From positions 3,547,183-3,611,182 of the forward strand of contig NW_002060948.1 in NCBI RefSeq assembly GCF_000150275.1: a stretch of DNA of 64,000 nucleotides, written 5' to 3'. The notes under the pieces are model-generated. The model had not been told where the DNA came from. It ran no database searches and saw nothing but the letters and a program-made list of their open reading frames with translations. The position numbers and the translations under genes are program-made. Shown here piece after piece: positions 29,031-42,276 of this stretch; the first letter of the stretch is position 1, and each line of letters begins with the position of its first letter. The stretch is from Trichoplax adhaerens. Lineage: Eukaryota > Animalia > Placozoa.

Positions 29031-30495
29031 TTTGTTTATTATATATTTTTTGAAACTATTTTTAGTTTAGTCACGCTGTCTTTATCTAAATGCGCATTAT
29101 AAGTTATTATTAGTATTTTAAATCAATAACCCTCTAGAAGGTATAATTGTAATTAAAAGCGCCTCAATGCTATATCTAGATAAAGGACTTTACATCTGGC
29201 AAAATAGGTGTTGGAAATTTATATTTAGCTCTATCAATGCATAGACTATGGAACACACTCTGTCTATAAATTCGATTTATAACGGCTATAACGATTTTAT
29301 ATGCGTAGAGCTGTTTATTAAGTAAAATTGAATTCTTTTGTACTGCATGAAGAGAGTTAAAAAAATTTGCTTTATTTTATGATTCATAATGTCACCATTA
29401 CCTAGCACAATATGGGAGAATTTTTATGTAATGTCATAACCTTTTCTTGATTATAAATTCTGTTTTCAGCAATGAAAGAAATAGTGGATACTAGTCTACG
29501 CTGACGGTAATAATTTCCTAAACAAACTGTTTTTTATCAGTATTTAAGTTCTTTTCTGTTTGTATTATGTTATATAAGATGGGTTCAGTTAGAAAAGGCG
29601 GAGACTAAATTTTATAAACTCTAGAGGTATAACTCTTATCATGTGGGCCTATAATAGAGTTATTGCTGAATCCTATTCTAAGCGCAATAAGATACCACCA
29701 CAACCGTCGTTATTCTGTTATTGACCTAAAATTGCTAAATGAAATGCTAAGTAAGATATTACAGAATTTGTTATAGAAAACCATTGATGTAAAAAATAAA
29801 TCTCGTTATAATATTATTTATTCGTTTATTGATGTCGTATAGATTAATCATCTACTTAGTGCTATGCAAGAAGCATCTTACTCTATGACATAGTCCAATT
29901 TCAACATTATGTAATTCTACTTAGTGAAAATTGATGCGATACTTTATTTGTACTACCTACTACATCAAAATTTACAGTGTATAAGTTAAAGTTACGAACA
30001 CCAAAGAAGTTGTATTACTTTTAGATACAAAAATAAATGCATAAATTGCGAAATAAACAATACATGCATGTCGTTCCTGATTAATTCAATGAAGGAATAG
30101 TTTGTTTGTTGAGTACGTTATCGCCACAATTTTACAAATGAGACGTCAGAAAGTCCTAGAAATAACATTTAAACTTGGTATGAAGTAATTAACAATTTTT
30201 CTGTATCCATCATTTGGTTGCACGGTGATTGCCAAGTTTAAAAACAAAACAATCTTACTATACGTGTCGGTATATTTTAAAAGTTCAACCATGATAGTAT
30301 GTTACAGGAATTTTACATACTGTGTTTTTCTTATCCTTTAACGATTAGTCTATTGATGGCTTGGCTTTTATTATATACGCATACAACTTGGCTATAGATA
30401 ATTAAGCTGTAAAGAATAATTTCATGATTATTCATGATAAACCTTACCAAATTGGCGATAAAGAGTAAATTTGTAAGAATCCTAATACAATGACA

Positions 30496-32007
30496 TTAAT
30501 TCAAAGTATTTGAGAATTTTGGATGGGGCCAACTCACAATTTGAGGGACGGGGTTGATGATTGGTAAGCTGCGAAGTGCTAAATCTTTATTCAAATGATG
30601 AGGATGCATACGACTTGAAATATGTTTAGGGGTAACTTGATGTTTTGTTATAAGTGAATTCTTAGGCAATTCAGCAAATGATGTCATTGTTTCACTCGAG
30701 TAAATACCCCTATTTTCCTCTTCTACTTCCTTTTTCCATTGCTCCTTCTTTTTTTCTAAAAGGCCAAATTTGGTTGCATTACCTACGGATAAATTGCGAT
30801 GCATTTTAATAAAGTCAATAGAGGAAATTATTTCACAAATCATGAAGGTGACAAGTCATGCTTTGTTAAGAGGAAAGTAATAAGATATGGAAAAAGTAAA
30901 TATCTACCGTAAATAGGGACATCTGATTTTTCCGGTAGCCATGCAATTCTTTTAAGGTCCCATCTTCTATTCGTAGGTATATGTTCTAGGTCTCGTTTAT
31001 TATAAACTTGATCATAGTAAGAGATCATGTTATCGTTGTATTTCTTGCCATGATGAAAGAAAATTTGTTGTTTATTAAGGCCCTACAGCATTAAAAATTG
31101 AAAGTATGTACAGTATATATAAATCATTTATTTTAATAGCGATATCTGTCAATATCCAGAAAACAATAAGATATTATGTCATAGTAGCATTATAGTACCG
31201 AAAACTTACATTATTCCTTGCCAGAGCGGCTCGTCGAATAAATGTATCAGGCTTGGCATTACCGTAAGGTTTATAGTCATGTCTTTGTGTACTACTATGA
31301 TTGAAATTCTCTCGTTGATACTACGAGCGGAAACGAAACAATGCCAATATAGTCATTAGTAATCAGTGTGCTATTTTAAAAGTATAACAATGTAAACGTT
31401 TTAGGATATACGTAAAAATGTAACAAAAAATTTTGACATCAGGCTACTTAGTTTGCTTAATCGCAAAGCCAGTAAACTGTCATTGCATTATAAATAAATC
31501 TTGCGCTTAAATGATTTGGCACGTTAAGAAGGATGTCTAATGAACACAAATGATAGTCTTTCCTTGTCAGACTGTTTTATTTAAAATAATTGCTACAGTA
31601 GCAACAATACGATAATTCGTGGATAATTAAGATGATCGATGTGAAAATTAACCGTAATTATATTACATATCGTTTTCGATTAAATTATACTATACAAAAT
31701 TTTTACAATCAACATTAGTCCATACTTTAGGGATCCAATCCACACTATTAGGATATGCCTTATAAGTTTTTGGGTAATATCGATACATTACGTTGTTAAC
31801 TTGAATAGGTCTTCAAAGGCAGTATGATGGATAGATGATATTGTGTTACAAAAAAAATTATGACGATAATTTTATTTCTCGAATTTAATTATCTTACACT
31901 ATAGCCCTATACAGTACCTGCATTCGTTCTTCATACCAGTTACCAATGAGCACGCCATTTTTAAATCTAGATTCAACTTTCCAACTAGGTTGACCAGAAG
32001 CCGCCAT
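30496..32007 (-). CDS. CFAP107: Cilia- and flagella-associated protein 107 (C1orf158-like), 4 exons (approx. 32007-31918, 31320-31210, 31083-30909, 30782-30496)
   Basis: MAASGQPSWKVESRFKNGVLIGNWYEER (PSW...VLxGNWxEER motif), ...IFFHHG..YNDNMISYYDQVY...RRWD...AWLPEKSD.P..GNATKFGL. Confidence 0.8.
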
Positions 32008-32419
32008 AGCAATAGTTAGTTTTTTAATGCTGATTACTGTAGCTAATCCTAATGTCAACTAAACTAAAAAAATAAGAATAAACTGCTGTCTTCCGTTTCC
32101 GTACTGGTTAAAGTTGGCAAGAAGTAATTGCTCGTCTGTACAAAGAATACTTGCAAATTACTTGCCTTCAATATTCTACTCCTAGCTAACAAAGGTGCAA
32201 TTACTGTATATGAAATAATTAAAATAATCTGGTTGCCAACGTCTGCGATAATAAAACCAGGTGAATCCAAGGATTATAGTTCTACTTTTAGTTAACTTAA
32301 TACTAGGCCTATACGCTCAATTAATGCAGCATACTCTAATCAACGCTTGTCTACTGCCTCTACCCTTATGGCCTAATGTATCAGATTTACTGTTGTTCTA
32401 ATGAAACAAGCGCTTCATG

Positions 32420-32433
32420 ATTTCTATGGTAAC
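32420..32433. promoter_or_regulatory. RFX X-box-like motif upstream of CFAP107
   Basis: ATTTCTATGGTAAC resembles GTTNCYATRGYAAC. It lies ~410 bp upstream of a ciliary gene, next to ATCACGTGAT. Confidence 0.5.
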
Positions 32434-33237
32434 GACCAAGATCACGTGATTTCTTCTTGGCTTAGTTTAGCCATAGGATATGATTGGATTTGATAGGAGG
32501 CTTTTGCCGTCGTCGAGACATTTGTGATCGATTCGATAGAATTAAAATGATTATATGTACTCATTCGGGTAGCGCTAAAGCAGAGAATAACGTTTATCCT
32601 TTGATATTAGAGATTACCATAGGGGAATTTCATTATGATTATTATTTTTTTTTGCAGTAGCTCCTGGCACAATAGTATTGTATGTCAGTATTGACTGATG
32701 AATATACTGTACAGCTAAGTATAATATTATTAGTAGGGTAGCGACTATAGTCGTCTTGTTGGAACTCAATGTATCAGCAGGGACGACTAATCAAAAGAAG
32801 CAAAGATATCAGTGCTTGGGCTGGCAAAAAAGTCCATTGCAGTATCTTGGAGTACCTACTAAGTACTATGGATGCCACGTTAACGTAGACAAGGAACAAT
32901 CAATGTCTACGTTAACGTGGCATCCATATTACTTACTGTAGTAGGTACATGGACTGATGGACTACTGTACTGGATAGGTTACATTTGTCTGGTGCTGTCT
33001 TGGAGGCCGTCCGATGTCAGACTGACTCAGATATCATATCTTAAGTGTCTACAGTACAAAAGCTTTTGTACTGTACTCTATGTACTGTAAGGACTGCAGT
33101 CAAATCCAGTAGTTTTAGTTTCGTCCAGGACAGTACAGTGCTCAGTACTGTACTGTTCTGTACTGTGGCAGTGTGGCAGCAACGCTTGCACAAACTGCTC
33201 AACTGGTGTTCCATTAAAGTGTCCAAAATTATCCATC

Positions 33238-36042
33238 ATGCCTCCATTCATTAAAAGTCATGTCAAGCAACCAACAGAATCAATCTGGACTGTCAATTAT
33301 TTCAAGCATTTGCTGCTTGACTTGTTGTTCAACCCAAGATCGATTGGCAAGATATGTTTACCGTTGCTCCTTTTTGAAATCTTGCTCAACATCATCGTTA
33401 TCTTTAAAGTATCATGTAATGGCGTCGTATATTAAATACTGTACTGACTAATTGTCAATAAGAATGGAACATGACTTCATTTTACTCATTATTGAATGTG
33501 ATTGTAATTTAATGGATGCATTAGATACTGAGATTGATTGGGAAGCATATATGAGCGAAGTTGAAGGCTTTCTGAATGGAACCTATGATTATAGTCAATT
33601 GAAAGGAGCAACGGGACCTCTTGTGTGAGTATACTGTATGCGTAGTAAATAACATCATCGACTCGATCTATCTAATACAGCAATAATATTGGAAATAAAC
33701 AAATGATACTGCAATTATTAAGAAAATAGAAAATACCGTGTTTTATTGACTAGTCCTCGTAGAGCAATGCTATGGTTAGATCTAATGCTACTGACTTGAT
33801 TATAGTAGATCCTTGATTACCTCGGGCTACTACACAACTGAACTGTACTGTACATTCGTACAATAAAGGCACTGTAATGTACTGTACTGCAAATCAACCT
33901 ATCGATGTCATGGCTGATTATATATTTGCACTTCTTTTCCACAAGATACCTATGAGGATTTCCCTTATCGTGTCTAGTACTCTGTACTTACATGCGGTGA
34001 CAATCATTGCTGTCTTCCATCGTATAATAACTCTATCTTATCCTTTACTGCTGTGCTATCTTTAGGTATCCTGCAGGATTTGTCTACATCTACTCAATTC
34101 TATATATGGTTACTCGTAGCGGCCAAGATATTTTGTTAGCTCAGTATATATTCGCTGTGCTATATCTGATCAATCTAATATTGGTAATGAATATTTATCG
34201 AAAGACTGCAATCGTAAGTATTAACGGCTCATCAACATCATGCAATGGTAATAATAAGGACGTGTATACTCGACCGTAAACAACATCGCACAAATTCTAA
34301 TCAACCTACATAAAATGATAACCACACTTCTTCGTCAGACTATTACTGTAGAATAGCGTAGTAATACATAACTTCATATTTCACCTTTGTGAACAACAAT
34401 GTCTACAACCTTGCTGTCGTGCGATGGAATTCAAAAAAATTCAATCCTGCTGTGTATTTTTATTAACTTTCAGGTTCCACCTTATGTTCTGGTGATCATA
34501 TGTTGTACATCATATCGAATCCATTCTATATACATCCTTCGAATGTTTAATGACCCTGTAGCTATGCTTTTCCTATACGCAGCTATAAATTGTTTTATAT
34601 TTGGCTATTGGACGTCCGGATGTGTCTGTTTTAGGTATTTCTGAGTTAGTATACTGTAATCTTGACTGTTTCTCAAAGTTAATATTAGGGTACATTAACA
34701 TCCTGGACTTGTTCATTACAGCAATATGCATGAGGACTTCATTTACTCGTACTGAATTACTTACGGAAACAAACAACTTATTAAAGTTGGCTACTTAGAA
34801 GTAGTCTAACCTTGACAAATGATTACTAAATTTGCCTCTAGCTTAGCTGTTTCGATCAAGATGAATATACTCCTTTTTGCTCCTGCGTTATTAATCTTGC
34901 TGCTACTGCAATATGGTATCATCGCTGCCATTCCAAGATTAGCTATATGTGCTATTATTCAGGTCAGTTTTCTACTTGCTAATCTAGTCCCAAGTATAGT
35001 AATGTATCGTATACCCGTACATCATGCATGCATAGTCGTCAACTTGAGTAAGTCCTTGAACGAACCAACAGAAAATTTATAGAAATACATTTTATTGTAG
35101 TAAATAAATACAAATATATGTGTTCTGCTTAACAATTTCAACTGTACTTAATTCAGATTGCTCTCGCTGCACCCTTTCTATTAAATTATCCCAAAGCTTA
35201 CCTAACTCGCTCGTTCGATTTTGGACGCAAATTCTTTTTCAAGTGGACTGTTAATTGGCGTTTTCTTAGCGAAGATATTTTTTTAAATCGGTGGTTTCAT
35301 TTGTCGTTACTAGCAGCTCATCTATTGGTGTTGATTGCGTTCATATTCCGACGCTGGCTAAAGTATTTTTTTTAAGTTATCAAAAATTGTAACACCATTC
35401 ATTAAGCATTATTGATTTACATAACGCACTTATACATCAAACTCTGCTTTTGCCGTTAGGAAATGCGGAGGTTATGAATCACTCTTAAGAATGAGGGCTA
35501 GTATGGCATATGAACCAGACTCTAAGAATATCCTTTGTATGATTATTTGACATTACCACTTAATTATTACAATACTCCGGTATACACACTTTATGTTACT
35601 AAAATTAGTGTTGCATAGCTATTATCAAGTGCCAATTTTTTTTTTCAATTTACCTTAACCTAACCAACGCATTGTTACCATGCTCTTCATTTCCAACTTT
35701 ATTGGCATAACCTTTTCACGATCTTTGCATTATCAATTCTATGTGTGGTACTACCACACTATTCCATATCTGTTATGGCTAACAGACTATCCAACAGTTA
35801 TCAGGTCAAGCTTGCAGCTTTTCACCTTATGTATGTCGTTTTAGGCAATTGCGCTTATGGTTATTCTTGTATGATTTCCGATTTGTAGACTCTTGATTTT
35901 AGGTGGAATTGAAATGAGCTGGAATACCTACCCATCAACCGTCATTAGTTCTATTAGACTACATGCATGCCATTTAGCTCTACTAGGAGCTTTATGGAAA
36001 TGTAAACCGCTCCAGTTTGGCTTTAGACATAAATCGTCATAA
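33238..36042 (+). CDS. ALG3: Dol-P-Man:Man5GlcNAc2-PP-Dol alpha-1,3-mannosyltransferase, multi-exon
   Basis: Spliced motifs [125 protein letters not shown]. Confidence 0.96.
35528..35668 (+). other. U12-type (minor spliceosome) AT-AC intron in ALG3
   Basis: 5' ATATCCTTTG, branch TTACCTTAAC 9 nt before the terminal AC. Removal restores the frame ...[16 protein letters not shown]. Confidence 0.92.
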
Positions 36043-38052
36043 CTATAAACTGACATGATTTGTTTACTTCAATATAAAGTCTCCTAGTTCTCTATCAATT
36101 GATTCGAAACAGAGATCCTATATTATTGTCATTGTCAGGCAGAAATTTCAGGCCTTAACTAAATGTACAAATGTTATTTTTCTGTAAATTACAATAATAC
36201 ACGCATATTAGTTCAATTTTAATTATGAGTGTCATGATTATTTTTTTGGATTAATATGACATGAAATTAGTAAATAATTGAGGACATTAATAATGCTATA
36301 AAGTGCCGTATTAAATATGTAAATAAATACCCCTACAGTCCTATTTTTACGTCTAATATGCAAGTTGCTGCCATTTTACAATCAATAAATTATTCATAAT
36401 TATAATGATACAATCGTAAACTTATGTGTACATACTGGGCTGGTGCTACTGAAAAACTTAAATGTGCAATAGTTTGTTCATAATTAACCAAGTTATGTAA
36501 TATAGTCTGTTATGTTACTGCATCAACCTAACAATCAAACAAAGTGATTAAAGACGCGAAATCCTATATACTTCATTTTAATTTATGGATACCTTTGTTA
36601 TTCACTTGCCTTATAGAAAACACACTGATCTACACAGATGTCTGCATGTGAGACAAGAACATCAGTAAGATCGATCTTTTCATTATCTTCATAGAATGGA
36701 GGATGCAAATATATTCGTATGAATACGGTACACTACCTACAGTTTATTACCAGTAGCTATGTCTACTTTCACCTTGGCTACTCTTGTATAATTATCTGCA
36801 AGCTTTTCAAAGACTTTCACACGTCTATATACGACGTAAGATAGATTCAGGCAGGTATTTTTCTAGATGTATCTACTTTATCAACCCTCGAAAAGTAAAG
36901 CAGACGTGAGAATAATCTAGTAGATAAGTCCATAACGAATTAGTTTTAAGCATTAATAGCTACAGTCTATAGTGGTGCTGGTTGCAATTGTATACTATTA
37001 ATTTTAAAGTGCTTAACGAGTTAAATAAGCCATTTTTAGTATTTTTAGTTTTGAAAAAAATTGTGTTTGATTCTTTATTACGGTTCAGATTATAAAGAAG
37101 TGTTCAATATTACTCTTCAGGTAAAGAATCTACCCAAAAGTACTCATTAAGAACAGCCTAGTTATGAAAATTCGAAATATTGTAAAACATCAATAATACT
37201 GTATAGTGCTGGAAACTCAATATCGTCGCATAATAACTTAATTGATCATGTAAATTGATTCACTACATCAGCAGCACCTGCACAATCTATACATCATAGG
37301 TACGCATCAGGAGGAGAGTAATTAATCAATTAATTCGTTAATACAGCGGTCGTATCGGTTAATAAAATGAAAAGATATATTAATTCTGGATTAAGCTGAA
37401 GTAAAATTAACCACGTCTAAATTACAGCAAGTTATTCAATAAATATAACCCGATACATGTCTGCACCTAAAAAATGATTGCAAAAAATTTGAGTTGATTC
37501 GACCAACTTGCACAGCATAGAAAACACCTCTCGCCACTTTCATTTCCTGCAGTATCCAGGAATATTACAATACATACATAGCATAAAAATCTCCGTCGGA
37601 ATAAATAAGCATAGCTTAAATAAAAGACCAATTATAGTACATGGAGAGAAATTTTAACTATATATTAGAAATGTAGTTTGAGAGGAAGAGTACTGTAGTA
37701 CTACTACGCTATCAACTGCAACTAGTGCTATAATAAAATCAAGTTAATTTAAAATGCTTACTTTCACTTATGATTTCGAACCGGTTCATCATCATTTCAT
37801 TGTCCGGTCTTTAATAATATTTACTATTACCTTAATCAGCTGTTAAAATAGTAATCATGTGACGGAAAGAACTACCGATTAAGCAAGTATTGAATTAGAG
37901 TGATCCAGCGCATCAATCCGAATTGATATTACTGGTGTAAAAGAAACTTCTTGCTGTCATTTTATATTCTACATTAGGTAAGAATCAATGCATCTCCCAT
38001 ACTGGCACAAATTATAATATACATTAATTCGTATAATAATAATTCAATTATT

Positions 38053-40851
38053 TTAACTTGAAAGCGTAAATAAGTAGGTAAACATTGCCAGGGTAAAGAC
38101 CAAGTAATGATATGGTACGATATTTCGAGTACCACCAAAGACGCTAGAATCAAAGCTGTAGCAGCCCAGAGTTGATGTGCGAAATTTTAACGCCGTACAA
38201 AACTCAGTCCCATTGTGGTAAAGAGAGGAAAATAACGTACCGTTGTAAATTGCCGTACGGCAATGATTGAAAATGGTGTTACAAAATGAACTACAAATTA
38301 TAAATCGACCAGCGCTTCGATTGTACCAATTTCCCTGATTGGGACTACAGAAATAACAGCGTAAGTATTCCATACGTTGCTGGCAAGGAGCAGAAGCAGA
38401 AGTTAACCTTGGCATATTATTAAATACGGAAGTGACTTCAGTACGGCGACAACATGTTTTGCTAAACCAGGTGCAATGACTAAGGCCCGCATGAGTCTCC
38501 GGCTTTCTCGCATTACCTTGGAAAGTTATAAAGTGTACCAATGATGGTATGTTAGAGTTATTAAAATTAGTATACTAGTACAGTAGGTAAAATGGAACCA
38601 CAATTTAGATCAATATTCGGTAAGCTATCATTTGTATAACCACACATCAAGTGCCGTCACTATTGAATACATTGCGTTCATTTTGACAAGTCTTTATTAT
38701 TGCCTAATTTCTTATACTGTACTAGTCCATTCCTTGCTCGTTATACTTTGCGTGTTCACTGTACTAACTATACATATCTCTTTCACTTTATATCATTACT
38801 GATTCATTAAGCAAGGATATCGCAGCATACGTGAGATTGCTATTAATCACATGCTCCTTTCGTATACACTTTATCAAGTTGTCATCACTATCTCTGCCAA
38901 TGTACTCGTACATTATGACAGACACTACACCACAACACAGACAGCTACATTACTGAGAACGAATTGGATAAGATAGTGTAATAGTTGAAGTATCAGCAGC
39001 GATGGGGTAAACGAAATATTGTGAGTAGTTTTGATACTTTAGGATAGTCTCGTGTGCATGGTGTAGGAGAAAGAAGTCAAATCAATCAATACTATGCCTA
39101 TTTTATTTCTCGTATAGCTCTCTAGTATCAACTAAGTTACACGTAATTCCGTAATTGTAAATTTATACGGTAAGCGAAATAGATCGCAGTGATTAATCAT
39201 TGTACACAAGAGACCCTGTAACATTTTTTAGCAACGATTTCAGAGCCTTTGCCAGTCTCTCTTTTGTACAGCGTCGCTATTGTATATTACTAGTAATGTT
39301 AAAGCGATGGGTAGGCTCTTTTACAAGAAAGTAACTTTACCCAATGCTAGCTAGTATAGACGTTGAAAAAGATATAGGTGTACACTGTCTAGTCAGGGAT
39401 TTTCTTACAAGTCCATGGTAAATGTTGTGCGGTAGTTGAGAAATTAATTCAGTAGGACGAGTAGCACGCTACGTCGTCAGATTGAAAACCGCAGTGTACA
39501 ACATTGGTCAAAGCCACTGTTGTTGGCATAAAGAAGAAGGACATTTTGGATGATTATCTATCATTATATAATAAATGATGGTTCTCTATCACTTCATGTA
39601 ACTACTGTACTATGGTCATTGATGTTCAGCCTTGTTTGTCTATTTTGCAATGGCGGTTGATCTTGCTCGTATGTAAAGACAAAAGTGATCAGAGATAATA
39701 CTACTATATTTCAAGCTTCCTCAGCGTTGATTGAGTTATTTTAATGCCAGCCTGTCCTTGTTTGCATTCTTTTTATATAACTAGACTACTTTTGACCCCG
39801 TATCAAGTAAACAAGACGTTGCAATGGATAGTCAAAAGTATAGGAGAAATACTTGCAGAAGCAGCGTACAGTAGACTGCAAACTCGAATAAGGGCCTTAA
39901 GGCAGATACATGGTATGCATTATTCACTACTCTAGCCATGATGCACTGATGTGCTGTACTTTGTGAACTCCATAGGCAAGATTTTGATGATCGCCTTGAA
40001 TAGTACGTTATCAAGTTCAATTGAACTGATGGCTAAGAGGGAAATGTGAAATGATGGCTAGTAATCACAACAGTGACGGCTGACTGAGTACCAAATATGA
40101 AAAGCTATTGGATCAAGCATTATCATAGTAGCATACTACAGCAACGAATGGATTGGTTGACGAGTTGTTTAGCAATCAAGAATGAAATGGGCGACTAACA
40201 ACAGTATGTCGATTTGAGTTGATTTCCGTAAGTAGGATTGGTCCCTGTCCGCAGGGACTCCTTTTTCCCTTTTGGTAGTCGCTGCTATCTGTTGTATGTT
40301 AAGTTTAAGGATAGAGTAAGATTGGAGTGTCGATTAAGCTGGAAGTGATAGCCCTTGTTGGTAGTTGTTGGCTCTACGTGTACACAACACTATCCATCAC
40401 CCCTATTCGATTCTATGACTGGCGATATGGCAGCCATGAAAGTTAACATGATTCGTTGCTATTCACGATGATGATGATGATAATAACAACAATAATATAC
40501 GGTAGACGAGCGTATGATTAATTGAAGTAGCAAGTATTCATCTACCCCACTGCCTTTCGTCATCGATCCATCAGTCTAATAGCAATGGTTATCCGACTAT
40601 ACAAGCCATCATCCACCTGGATACCATGTTGCAAAAGCGAAATTAACAATCACATTAACATTTATCAAGCCGTGAAATAGCGCCATTGGGCATTTTCGAT
40701 GGCTTTTTCTCCCTACTCTCCACTTGTATATGTATAGGTGGACAATTGTTGTTCATACTATTGACTTTATCTTACCGAAATAAGGACATTCTTGACCATG
40801 AACCATCCAAGCTGTACAAAGGATGCAAATAACTAAAGCTTTGAATCGCAT
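38053..40851 (-). CDS. Folate receptor / riboflavin-binding-protein family secreted, probably GPI-anchored protein; exons 40851-40776 and 38516-38053
   Basis: Exon 1 MRFKALVICILCTAWMVHGQECPYF (signal peptide) splices in phase 1 to GNARKPE...CTWFSKTCC...CQQRMEYLRCYFCSPNQ...ICSSFCNTIFNHC...GTEFC. Hydrophobic C-terminus. Confidence 0.8.
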
Positions 40852-41345
40852 ATCCACATATCAATCGTAAACCACTAGCAAGGCTGAAAGTATCAAAACT
40901 AGATAGAAGAGTAATTAGTAATTACAATTAATATCCAAAGGTGGTGTGGAATGGCTGCTTGATTGGCTCTTGACGAAGATGCTTTTGATGCCTGCGATAC
41001 TAATACTACTCTACTATCCAATGTGTATACAGTATACCAGTGTTAGCATAATAGTACAAAAGAGCAGCAGACAAGCTATAGCATGCCTGACCAACCGTGT
41101 CATACTGTAGTACTAGTACGGAACGGTACGGTACAGTATGACTTGACAGGATAGGACGGATCGACGGATAATCGTCATGCATGGAGAAAATTATGCAAAT
41201 GAGAATAAAGCGAAACGGTACGGTACAGTACGGTACAGTACAGTACAATGAAGCTTATCAAACTATACTGGCCTGGTCCGGTCCGGGCCGGGCCAGGCCC
41301 AGTTAGAGAGAAATGATGGAGACTGGGTAGAACGTCTGGGAGAAT

Positions 41346-41534
41346 ACTGTATCTCTATGGAAATTGTATCCATGTATTGTACAGTATAGTAGAGATAGGC
41401 AGAAATGATATAGGAGATCGTGCAGCTCTGAGAATAGTGGATCTCTATAGAAACTGCATCGAGAGATGGATTGTACACTACAACTCTGACAGTAGACTGC
41501 ATCTCTATAGAAACTCTATCCATGTATTGTACAC
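41346..41534. repeat. Dispersed ~39-bp direct repeat (ACTGYATCTCTATRGAAAYT...ATCCATGTATTGTACA), two full copies and one partial
   Basis: Copies near 41346-41384, 41440-41458 (partial) and 41496-41534. Confidence 0.65.
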
Positions 41535-41706
41535 TTTGGAACACACTCCTCGGACAGGCGGACCTTGCCTAGCGGACAGTGGACAGCAGGACTCTATCTG
41601 ACATACAGTACTACTGTATTATCAACTGGCCTAATCAACACTATGTCACGACATACTGACGTCTGTAGTCGCGTCTTACTGTATCAACGATGAACCACTT
41701 TGCAAC

Positions 41707-41739
41707 AGGACTCGGACGGCGTCCTACCGTCCGAGTCCT
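41707..41739. repeat. Perfect 13-bp GC-rich inverted repeat with a 7-nt loop
   Basis: AGGACTCGGACGG-cgtccta-CCGTCCGAGTCCT. Confidence 0.9.
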
Positions 41740-42276
41740 ATGTCCTGCACAACACCATACAGGATGTACAGCATAATAACGTAGCAACTACAGCTATCTA
41801 CTGCTCATGACAGTGCTATGCGCTGTAGTAAATGACCTAACTAGAGCACTACTGCCTACTGTAGCTGACTGGAGTCAAAACAGTAGAAGAACAACATTTC
41901 CTGCTCTCAACGTGGCTGCGATCTTCAATCCATCATTTAGTAAGTTTTATTGCAGTTTTCACTCCGATACTGTTGGTAGATTGCTATTGACTTCAACTCT
42001 AATAGTTAGATGCAGTATTGTTGCACGATTGAAACTTTGATTATGAATACAAGTTGAAGAATATACATTACAACACTAGAATAGGTTGGAACAGTAACAG
42101 TGCCATCTAAATTCTACTGTACAGTGTACAGCTTAAGTGGATTAAAATGGACGTAATATGATGTGTACATTTCATCATCATTTTCATGTAATATACTATG
42201 CTTCCCTATGGTCATTATAGAACAGAACAAGGCATCGCAATATCTTTGCTTACAATTAAATACTTTGCAACTCAAC

